From Macrostomum lignano (lineage: Eukaryota), in the NCBI GenBank assembly GCA_002269645.1, contig NIVC01002830.1, forward strand, positions 62,001 to 126,000: DNA of 64,000 nt, read 5' to 3'. The notes below the pieces were generated by a model that saw only the letters and a list, made by a program, of their open reading frames with translations, made no database searches and was not told the DNA's origin. Positions 23,046 to 33,891 of this stretch are shown here, piece by piece (positions within the stretch are counted from its first letter, which is position 1; every line of letters begins with the position of its first letter). Both the position numbers and the translations under genes were made by a program.

Positions 23046-23960
23046 ATGCTGGAGCCCCTGGTGCTGGCGCCCCTGGTACTGGCGCCCCTGGTGCTGGTGC
23101 CCGTGGTGCTGGCGCCCCTGGTGCTAAAGCCCCTGGTGCTAAAGCCCCTGGTGCTAAAGCCCCTGGTGCTAAAGCCCCTGGTGCTGGCGCCCCTGGTGCT
23201 GGCGCCCCTGGTGCTAAAGCCCCTGGTGCTAAAGCCCCTGGTGCTAAAGCCCCTGGTGCTGGCGCCCCTGGTGCTGGCGCCCCTGGTGCTGGCGCCCCTG
23301 GTACTGGCGCCCCTGGTGCTGATGCCCGTGGTGCTGGCGCCCCTGGTGCTAAAGCCCCTGGTGCTAAAGCCCCTGGTGGTAAAGCCCCTGGTGCTAAAGC
23401 CCCTGGTGCTGGCGCCCCTGGTGCTGGCGCCCCTGGTGCTAAAGCCCCTGGTGCTAAAGCCCCTGGTGCTAAAGCCCCTGGTGCTGGCGCCCCTGGTGCT
23501 GGCGCCCCTGGTGCTAAAGCCCCTGGTGCTAAAGCCCCTGGTGCTAAAGCCCCTGGTGCAGGCGCCCCTGGTGCTGGCGCCCCTGGTGCTAAAGCCCCTG
23601 GTGCTAAAGCCCCTGGTGCTAAAGCCCCTGGTGCTAAAGCCCCTGGTGCTAAAGCCCCTGGTGCTAAAGCCCCTGGTGCTAAAGCCCCTGGTGCTAAAGC
23701 CCCTGGTGCTAAAGCCCCTGGTGCTAAAGCCCCTGGTGCTAAAGCCCCTGGTGCTAAAGCCCCTGGTGCTAAAGCCCCTGGTGCTAAAGCCCCTGGTGCT
23801 AAAGCCCCTGGTGCTAAAGCCCCTGGTGCTAAAGCCCCTGGTGCTAAAGCCCCTGGTGCTAAAGCCCCTGGTGCTAAAGCCCCTGGTGCTAAAGCCCCTG
23901 GTGCTAAAGCCCCTGGTGCTAAAGCCCCTGGTGCTAAAGCCCCTGGTGCTAAAGCCCCTG
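23046..23960. repeat. 15-bp minisatellite (GGTGCTAAAGCCCCT/GGTGCTGGCGCCCCT)
   Basis: About 60 tandem units; explains the 329- and 333-aa pseudo-ORFs. Confidence 0.95.
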
Positions 23961-24720
23961 AACAGCTTCATATCTTCATTTATACCAAGAATGAATTTGC
24001 ACATTATGCACTGCATACTACTAGTTCAGTGTTAGTATGAAGTAAGTACAAGACTAGCGAGAATTACTCTTTAAATAATGGGAAGACTTCTACATATTCC
24101 GTAACCAGAAAGCAGACAGCAGACAATTCTCAAGGAAAAAGCTGGATGAGGCCTTTGCCATTGAGAAGTGCCCAACAAAGCCATGCAAAATCATTGGTGA
24201 GTAATTTCGCCCTGGAGGGAAGCCAGCAATTTTAAAGTCGTTTGAATTACTGAATGTCAGTTGCTAAAAATGGTCCTTCGTCCTGTCACATTCGGGCAAA
24301 GTGCTCCAACTTTATCACTCAGTCAGTCAATCACCATGACTGCCCTAGTCAAGAAGCTTATACATGAGCAGCCATGCTCAGAGTGTGCTCAAATTGTTAA
24401 ACAATAGACTACAGTAGTTCTCTCTTCCACATCATGTATAACTGGGGAACTCGCCCTTGTGGCAGACAATCTGCTTGGAGAATAAACAGGCACTCAATGG
24501 GATGTAGCGCATGCCTATCACCCTCCCTTCCCCAATGGCTCCCGTCTTCTCTCCGCTGTGGCTCTTCTCCGTGATCTGCTTCATCCCAGCCTCCCCTCCC
24601 AGACCCGAAGCTGCAGCTGCAGCAGCAGAGGGGGTTAGGGAAAGCAAATTTAAGAGGGAGGGTTCTGTATGGGATGGGTTAGCAGCACATATCGCCAGAT
24701 GACAATGGCAGACTTAACTG

Positions 24721-24734
24721 GTTGCCATGGCAAC
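24721..24734. promoter_or_regulatory. Perfect palindromic RFX X-box GTTGCCATGGCAAC
   Basis: Exact match to the X-box consensus in non-coding DNA about 1 kb upstream of the Kv start codon; a candidate 5'-UTR donor GTACGT lies at 24885. Confidence 0.55.
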
Positions 24735-25194
24735 CATCGACTGCTGCTACTTCAAGCCCGAGTGAAGATGCTGGAGGCTGAGCCGAAAGCCTGTAGAGTG
24801 CTGATGTAGAGGGGAGTCTGTGCTTCACAATGGTCGGTGTGGCTGCATGGCCTACCTCCCAGCCTCTTCCCCTCATCGCTGCCAGTACGTATCTTTGTTT
24901 CTACCTGAATCTGAATTTCCCGGCGCCTCAGCCTATTGACGCTGAGCTGACGCTGAATTTTTCTGTTATTGCATTTTCTATTTTTTCAAGTGTCAGCTTC
25001 GAATTTGAATGATTAATTCAATGAATATTGCCAAATTTTATTTTAATTCAAGTCATATTTTTCACAGAGTTGCTTTGCTATACAGATGACAATACCTTTG
25101 AAAGCGTTTGTTAAACTGATTGTCAATATTTCGATCACCAACTCTTTATTTTACTCGGGAACTCGCTCATTTACTCATGACATTACTCATGCAC

Positions 25195-25400
25195 TCTCAC
25201 AAATGAGCTCATGTACTCACATATGAGCTCATGTACTCACATATGAGCTCATGTACTCACTTATGAGCTCATGTACTCACTTATGAGCTCATGTACTCAC
25301 TTATGAGCTCATGTACTCACTTATGAGCTAATGTACTCACTTATGAGCTCATGTACTCGCTTATGAGCTCAATTACTCACTTATGAGCTCATGTACTCAC
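25195..25400. repeat. 20-bp minisatellite (TATGAGCTCATGTACTCACT) containing palindrome ATGAGCTCAT
   Basis: About 10 tandem copies. Confidence 0.9.
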
Positions 25401-25743
25401 GTGAACACACTAACTCATACAGTCATGAAGCCACTAAGTTCCTCTTCATCCAATTTCGATTTCTCTTAAAAGCAGAAATTTCGCGAAACACAATAGCGCT
25501 AAAAATTCATTTCCGGAGCAGAAGCAGTGCTCTCCATTGTCTCTGAGTCGATTCCTTATTGGCTGACAGCCTCTGGCACTCCCAACGCTCTTACCTCTGC
25601 ATGGCATGATTCCTCATGGTAAAGCATGAAATCCTAAGGTCGTTGGAAACAATGCTCTGCACTGAGCACTGAACACTGAGCAGGCTTCAACTCTCGAAGA
25701 TAACCTGTGGCTTCTGGATTCTGCTTTTAGTCTTGGCGTCAGC

Positions 25744-28700
25744 ATGGACCTCAGAGATGCACGAATTGTCATCAACGTCAGCGGCACTCGATTTGAGACC
25801 ACCTACTCGGTGCTCGAGCGGTTCCCCGGTAGCCGGCTGGCTCTGCTGGCTACACTTCGCGAGGATGACGAAGCCTTCGATCGCGACCGGAGGGAGTACT
25901 ACTTCGACAGGCACCCGGAGGTGTTCGCCGACATCCTGCACTTCTACCGGACTGAGGAGCTGCACATTCGTAGAAATCTGTGCGGCAACGTCATCAAGAA
26001 GGTTTGGTTGAGAAGCATTATTCTCTGAAGCATAGTCCTTTGTTATACTGGATATCAAAGTCACATTAAAGCTATAAAGTCACTCATTCAGTCACTTATT
26101 AAGTCACTCATTCAGCCACTCATTGAGTCACCCATTCAGTCACTCATTCAGTCACTCATTCAGCCACTCACTGAACTCAGTCACTCATTCAGTCACTCAT
26201 TCAGTCACTCATTCAGTCACTCATTCAGTCACTCATTCAGTCACTCATTCAGCCACTCACTCTCACTCATACAGTCACTCATTCAGTCACTCATTCAGTC
26301 ACTCATTCAGTCACTCATTCAGTCACCCATTCAGTCGCTCATTCAGCCACTCACTCATACAGTCACTCATTCAGCCACTCACTCATACAGTCACTCATTC
26401 AGTCAATCATCCAGTCACTCATTCAGGCACTCATTCAGTCACTCATTCAGTCACTCATTCAATCACTCATTCAGTCACTCATTCAGCCACTCACTCATAC
26501 AGTCACTCATTCAGTCAATCATCCAGTCACTCATTCAGGCACTCATTCAGTCACTCATTCAGTCACTCATTCAATCACTCATTCAGTCACTCATTCAGTC
26601 ATCCATTCAGTCAGCATTCACTTAAAGTTCACCCCGCCGTCATCCGATCAGTTTATCAAAAAAGTTTCCTTCGCATTTCCGCCTGGCAACAAACTAGAAT
26701 ACGGCGGTTCAGCAAACATACCAGCTACGTTTTAAGTCTGAAAATTTTCAATTCAAACAAAAGCCGTCGTAGCGAACGTTTCCTCAGAAGCTTAAAAGCA
26801 TTTCTTACCTGCTCACGGCCACCAGCCGGAAGTGTTAAATGCATTCTAAAAGTACATTTATCGGCCTCCTACCAGCTGGGAGCTGACACACCTGTAAATA
26901 GCTGCCTCCTCTGCAGTCTTAGGCAAGCTCACCTTTTCTCAGCCTCGTATTTCTATTGCAACAACTGCAGCAAACTCAGAGCCTGATGCAGCATTTAGTC
27001 CTTCATCAAATTCCAGGCAATGTTTGTTCAGTACATTTAGTCCCAGACTTAGAGGCAAATTTTATCGGGCAAAACACCTGCTTCAGTCTCAGCCAAGGGG
27101 GTGTACATTATTGTCAATAATTCTAAGCCGAATGAATTGCTGACGGAAAATGCTGAGAATAATGGAAGCAAAATTGCATTTTTCCATTTTTCCGTTGTTG
27201 TTTTGCTGCTGCTGCTGCTAAAAGCAGACGGGCAATCATTCCGTTACATCCCGTTGCTCTGGAAGAGATTGACGCGCCCTTAAGAGTCACAGATTCAAAA
27301 ACACAGACTGTTTTGCTTACCCCAGCAAGCAAGTAGGCAATGCGAGGTGAGGTGAGGCCTGAGGTTGAGGTGGTTGAGCAGCACAGGCCCCAAAACTCAG
27401 CTTGCATTCTGTGTTTGCTTTGGCGTGCCGTCTCTTTCATGCGATGTCAAACAGAGCAGCGGTGATCAGATTTTTGAAGGTCTAAAAGTGAAGAGCAATC
27501 GATGTTTGTACGGGAATTAATAATTTATGAAGCCGTCCGGTTTGAAATGGACAGAGTCGTTATTTGGACAACTTGCTTTTCACTTAAGAGTCTGGGAGAA
27601 CGAATGACTTTCTAAATATAAGGTGTGGATACCTAATAGATACTCATATTTAGGTGTGGATACCTAATAGATACTCATATTTAGGTGTGGTTACCTAATA
27701 GATACTCATATTTAGCTGTGGTTACCTAATAGATACTCATATTTAGGTGTGGTTACCTAATAGATACTCATATTTAGCTGTGTGGATTCCTAATAGATAC
27801 TCATATTTATGTGTGGTTACCTAATAGATACTCATATTTATGTGTGGTTACCTAATATATACTCATATTTATGTGTGGTTACCTAAAATATACTCATATT
27901 TATGTGTGGTTACCTAATAGATAGATACTCATATTTAAGTGTGGTTACCTAATATATACTCAATATTTATACGTTGATTCCTAATAGATAATCATTCAGG
28001 TGTGGATACCTAATAAATAAACTTATGTTTTGGATGCCTAATAGATACTTAAACTTAGGCTTTAGATACACAATCACTTCTTAAATTTCGGCTCAAACAC
28101 CCATTAAACTTGTCCAGGAGTTCGAATTCTGGGGCATGTTCGAGCAGGACATTGAGCCCTGCTGCTGGACGAGTTACAGCCAGGCAGCCGAGTGCAAGGA
28201 CACTCTGGCGGCCATAGACAGCACCTTTCTGACTGGCAACTGTGCCGTCATGGCCGACGTGTGGAAAAGCGAGACCAACCAATGGATCCGGTTCCGTAGG
28301 CGGATGTGGTCGATCCTGGAGGACCCGGCGGCGTCTCTCATAGCTAGGGTGAGCACTTTTTTGGACTCACTGGCCTCTTATTAGCAACGCCGGGAATCTG
28401 ATCGTCGCAAAACTTTCAGATCTACGTGTTCGTGTCCATGTTCGTGGTGGTCACCAGCATTGTGTGCTTCGTGTCGGAGACTTACGAAGCTTTCCGAGTG
28501 CCTCTGCCGGGCGCCAACCTGACTATCGGGCCAACCTGCACCACAGCCTGCGGTGTGTACGTGGACCCGCAGCTCGTGTCAGGCGCCAAGTACTACTCAG
28601 ATGACGACACGGAGCCGCATCCGGTCCTGCGCTACCTGGACTACTCAATGTTCGTGTTCTTCACTCTCGAACTGCTCATGCGTCTGTTCTTTGCGCCGGA

Positions 28701-31700
28701 CTACAGGGCCTACTTCACCGACTTCCTCAACTGGATCGACATCGTCTGCGTTGTCACCCACGCGGTGTCGCTGTCCTTGAGCTCCATCGAGACGTTGCCG
28801 AATTACACGCCAACACTGGTGAAGACTGTGCTGACTCTGCGCGTGCTGCGAGGCCTTCGAATTGTCCGCGTGCTGCGCATCTTCAAGCTGGTGAAGCACT
28901 ACAACGCTTTTCGGATTCTGGTGTACACCATCAAGATTTCTCTGCGCGAGCTCATGCTCATGATTGTGTTCCTGTTCGTTGGAGCAGTCATTTTTGGCTC
29001 CATCATTCACCTGGTAGAGAAGGACAGTTTTAGAAATATTCCTTACGGACTGTGGTGGGCTCTGGTTACCATGACGACGGTGAGTGGGCAGGGAAATGGT
29101 TTAAGCAAGCACTATTATAGTTCTGTTATTGTGAATGCAAGCAATTACACGGGTCTCTTGGAAATGCTCTTAAGCCATCGATACACAGTATGCAGCATGC
29201 ACTCTTCTCGCGTATACAGCAACTCTGCTCTAAAAAAATGGCTCAATAGAACTGCACTACACAGTCTTCATGGCTTTCGGGCTGCTGGCTTCCAAAAAAG
29301 ACATCTCAGAAGCAAATGGCAGCTAAGCATCTAAAAGCATTCACCTCATACGAGTACTTTATCGACGCAATTCGATTGATGACGGACTTCGTTTTAAAGT
29401 TCCTAAATGCAGCAATTTCATTGAGATCGCTGGACAGTTCATGCAGTGCCAGACCCTCCAGACCCTTGACAGTTTCCTAGGAATTTACTTTGTATACAAT
29501 ATCAAAAATACGTTTCTAATAGGAGCAATTCATATTTAGTTACTTCACTCGCAGGTGTTACTCATACTGCCGTAATGTGCCCGCAATCATAAAGCTGAAT
29601 CTCCAGGAACGCCATCACTACACCATCCAAAGAGCTTCGAACTCAAACTCAAACTCAAACTCAAAATCAAACTCAAACTCAAACTCAAACTCAAACTCAA
29701 AATCAAACTCAAACTCAAACTCAAAATCAAACTCAAACTCAAACTCAAACTCAAACTCAAACTCAAACTCAAACTCAAACTCAAACTCAAACTCAAACGC
29801 AAGCTCAAACTCAAACTCAAACTCAATCTCAATCTCAATCTCAAACTCAATCTCAAACTCAATCTCAAACTCAATCTCAAACTCAAACTCAAACTCAATC
29901 TCAAACTGAATCTCAAACTGAATCTCAAAGTCAAAGTCAAACTCAATCTCAAACTCAAACTCAAACTCAAACTCAAACTCAAACTCAAACTCAAACTCAA
30001 GCTCAAAGTCAAACTCAAGCTCAAACTCAATCTCAAACTCAATCTCAAACTCAAGCTCAGCCTCAACCCCATCTGGCCAGGTTGGCTACGGCGACTTCGC
30101 TCCGCGCCAGGCCGCGGGCTACGCCATCGGCTGCGTCTGCGTGATCTTCGGCGTCCTGACCATCGCCTTCACCGTGCCAATCGTGGTGAACAACTTCGCC
30201 ATGTACTATTCCCACGCGCAGTCGAGGAACAAGAAGCCCAGAGAGTACTGGCGCATCAAGCGGGTACCGAATAAAGTGGAAGCCGCATCCGGTGAGCAAA
30301 AGTCGCCAATTGATGCAACGCTGATCACAGCCAGGTCGACAGCGGAGGCGACAATCACTGTGCTGGACTATGAGCTGGACAAGGAAGCTGTTGAGGCCGC
30401 TAAGCGGGCACCACCGACAGAGGCCCAGCTGTATGGGCTGGATTTGGCCGACGCTGTTGGCGGCGGCGACGGCATCGGGTGGAACAACTTCAACGATGAC
30501 GGTGTCGGCTCGACTGACTTCAACAATGCAGACACGCCGACCAGCGGCAAGCAGCCACCGGGTCCCGAGGCAGCGGCCGCGGCGCCGGCGGGCACCAGGA
30601 GGAGCGACAGTGAGATGATGAGCGCCGCCGAGGCCAAGAAAATCAAAGCGATTGAGAAGAGCGAGGTCAGTGCCTGCGATTTTGAATGTCCTTAGCCTTC
30701 ATTTCGCTTACATATTACGATACAAAATTTAAGCGCAGTATCGGGAGCACAGTTGCTCCCATGAGGGCTGACTTTCAAGGCAAAGAAAGTGTACATTTTT
30801 AACGATTAGAAAGTCAGGGCCGCTGTGTACACCCAGGGTGAGCGTGTGTACGAGTGCTTGCATGTGTAAAGTATTGGAGCACTTGTATGTCTAAAAAGTG
30901 GAAGCGTGTAAAGGTCATTAATCTGTCACTACGGTATTCTCTCTCTGCACAAGTCTGCAGCCGCCCCAAGCTATCCCATCAACCCCCAGTACTCGTAAAA
31001 CCGATGCAGCTCGTGGTAAAAAGAGAGAAAAAACAGAAAATCAAAAACGGAGCTAGAGGAAAAAATCACAACAATACGCTCGTAGAACAATGAATTCGCT
31101 ATACTTTTTCTAGTTCAATTCATGCTGCCACAAGCCAACGAAGTTGAGTACACGCAGGCCTGCATCAAATGCATTTCTGTTCAATTTCCTTTATTAATAT
31201 TTTTACAGATAGCTCGTACCATGAAAGAGGCGCAGCTTGATGATTCAACAAACTCACGGAAATCAAGTGATTGGGAGAATTTTTCAATTGGAGTTTGAAA
31301 ATATATTAATCGCAATGCATGCGTGCGCACCCCCCAAAATCAATGGGCCTTGAGGTCACAGGCAAAGACTATGTAACATTTTAGTTTTGCCCTGACTGCA
31401 TGAGAAGTTCAGGGCTGTTGTACACCCTATATGAGCGCGTGCTTGATTGATAATAACGCAGAGCTGCAGTTTCTTTACACTATTTCGTGTAAGTACATGA
31501 CGATCATGCAACCTGAACCAACAAAACCAACTTCAGAATGAAGAACGCAGTCGCCAGATGCTGGCCCAGGCGCAGGAGTCGGCGGAGCAGTTGGACAAGG
31601 CTCGGGAAGCTCAGGCTGAGGCCATTGAGCGACGCAAGGCTGCACTGCGGCAAAGGCAGAGAGCCAACCTGGCCCGACTCAATAACGCTAGGAGGCCACC

Positions 31701-31734
31701 CTTGGATGATGACGAAGAAGACGCTGGCAACTAG
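25744..31734 (+). CDS. Voltage-gated K+ channel alpha subunit, Shaw/Kv3-related
   Basis: join(25744..26001,28118..28348,28420..29079,30081..30665 or ..30695,[31209..31292],31537..31734). T1 domain (RIVINVSGTRFET...YYFDRHPEVF...YRT) with intact HX5CX20CC Zn site of the Shab/Shaw/Shal class. S1-S6, S4 LRVLRGLRIVRVLRIFKLVKH, pore NIPYGLWWALVTMTT|VGYGD, and S6/C-linker PIVVNNFAMYYSHAQ typical of Shaw/Kv3. Confidence 0.9.
26080..26615. repeat. 12-bp minisatellite (CATTCAGTCACT) in Kv intron 1
   Basis: Direct reading; explains ORF 26123..26986. Confidence 0.95.
27621..28050. repeat. 31-bp minisatellite (AGGTGTGGTTACCTAATAGATACTCATATTT) in Kv intron 1
   Basis: About 13 tandem copies. Confidence 0.9.
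29637..30062. repeat. (TCAAAC)n hexamer microsatellite abutting the acceptor of the Kv pore exon
   Basis: Direct reading; ends about 18 nt before the AG at 30079-30080. Confidence 0.95.
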
Positions 31735-31807
31735 CGAATCTGTTATAGGCCTGCTTAGCTGTTCAGTGAGGTGAGTTTGGAGCTGTAGTGGTAACATTTC
31801 TGAGGCT

Positions 31808-32050
31808 ACAGATGCAGGGAGACTGAGGCTGCAGATGCAGGGAGACTGAGGATGTAGATGCAGGGAGACTGAAGATGTAGATGCAGGGAGACTGAGGATG
31901 TAGATGCAGGGAGACTGAGGCTGTAGATGCAGGGAGACTGAGGATGTAGATGCAGGGAGACTGAGGATGTAGATGCAGGGAGACTGAGGATGTAGATGCA
32001 GGGAGACTGAGGATGTAGCTGGAGGGAGACTGAGGCGGTACATGTAGATG
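31808..32050. repeat. 23-bp minisatellite (GATGTAGATGCAGGGAGACTGAG), followed by a CT-rich tract 32115-32400
   Basis: Direct reading; lies 3' of the distal Kv stop. Confidence 0.9.
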
Positions 32051-33891
32051 CAGGGTTGTTTAACATTGTAATTGTAAGTACAAATACAGAAATAACATCT
32101 TTTTACCGGCCTTTTCTCCCTTCTTCTCAATCCCTCTCCCTTCTTCTCAAGCTCTCTTCCTTCTTCTCAATATCTCTCCCTTCTTCTCAATCCCTCTCCC
32201 TTCTTCTCAATCTCTCTTCCTTCTCAATCTTTCTCAATCTCTCTTCCTTCTCAATCTTTCTCAATCTCTCTCCTTTCTTCTCAATCTCTCTCCCTTCTTC
32301 TTAATCTCTTTCCCTTCTTCTCATTCTCTCTCTTCGTTTACATCTCACCCTGCTTCTCAGCCCCTCTGCTCTTTTTCAGCCCCTCGCTCCCTTCTTCTTA
32401 ACCTCTTTAAACACTAAACTAACATTTCTTAATAACAAATCAAATTTCAGCATAGAGCTGTCTATTACGACCTTCAGAAGAACCATGCAAAACTGCACGA
32501 ATCTGATATTAAAGTTTAGTCCACGAAGTTTAAAGTCCAGTGGCCTTACGTTCTTGAACGATTTTAAACTGTCTTTGTTACAATTCATTGATGTTAATTT
32601 TTAAACCACAAACCCGTTGCTGTACAATAATTATCTGGCTTAAATAAACAAAACACAATTTTGAGAAAATTGCTTAAGCAAAAGTTTTTGATGGCAAATT
32701 TAAAAAAATGTTTATTATTAGAACGAAAACTATTAATTCTGCAATACACTTGTTGGAATCAGCAATAATTATAGTTATAATATAATTTCATAACTATTGT
32801 GAGTGAACAAATATATTAATTCGGGCTTAGTATTTTAAATTTGACAATTGGATAACTTTCATGAAATTGAGGCCAAAACAGAACAGACCCAGTATTAATA
32901 ATTCTGTTCAATTTTGTTACAATTGCCATATTCTCTACTGATAGTAGGCTGTCAGTGAGCACAACTTTAACAAAACCCGAGATTGAACAAGCGATGAGAG
33001 GAAATCATGCCTTTCTCTACACATATTATGCTTAATAAACAATCTTTAGATCCTAAAAAAATATAACTATATTAGTGTACCTCACTGAATCGAAGAATAC
33101 TGACAAAAAATTTACATCGAACAATCTGTAATAGAATTAATTTGCAGACAAAATAGATTCGAGTCAAATCATCATGACTAAGTATATAAGAATCGATTAG
33201 GCGCATTGTATGTCTGTCGGATATTACTATATGATGATCAATGGCAAGATTCTTCTGATAATTAGTTACTGAACGTACTTTTGTTATATTTTGTTATTTC
33301 GATTTTTTGTTTATTTATTTTGGAGAGGACACTTGCTTTGACTTTTCCTGTTATCCGCTGCTTCGGTGTTTTATAATGGCATTGATATTGGAGTTTGTAC
33401 TTTTAGGGACATTAGAATAAGTAGACAAGCGTCTGCCATGTACATTCTCTGGTGGGGAGAGGGGTAGAGGGTTATAGAGGGCTGACGTATGCACGCGTGG
33501 TCAGCGAGCGTGGGGGGTGGGGGTGGGGGTTGGGACATGGCTGGCCTGGAGGAGGAGGGTCAGAATGAGAGATTTTAATGTACATTTGTGCCCCTCCCCC
33601 GCTATCCGGACCCCAATTAGCTGGTTAGTACTTGCACGAACCAAAACGGTTTGACTGTCATAACAAACAGATAATATTGTACACACGAATGTACATTGCT
33701 TTGACACAACACAAACCTGCCTGCTCAAGTTACACAATGAACAAAACAGCCTTGATTTTCAATTTCCATTTGAAACCATCTGACTTTCAGTTCGTTTTAA
33801 TTCGAAATTCGAGAGCAAGCTTTTTCTGATCCCCGGATTGATCAAATTTTTGGATTTGGAATCATGAAATTACAAATTTTTCTAATTTAGT

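Noticed and set aside
23015-24035. Long ORFs over repeats (also 3933..4910, 16603..17843, 19984..21039, 21756..22581, 39934..40843, 41729..43044, 54663..56960)
   Set aside because: They are translations of tandem arrays lacking stops; open in several frames and strands, with no domain content.
24109-24196. Plus-strand exon-like segment (KADSRQFSRKKLDEAFAIEKCPTKPCKII, GTGAGT donor)
   Set aside because: Phase 1 end does not join the Kv frame at 25731; may be UTR or chance.
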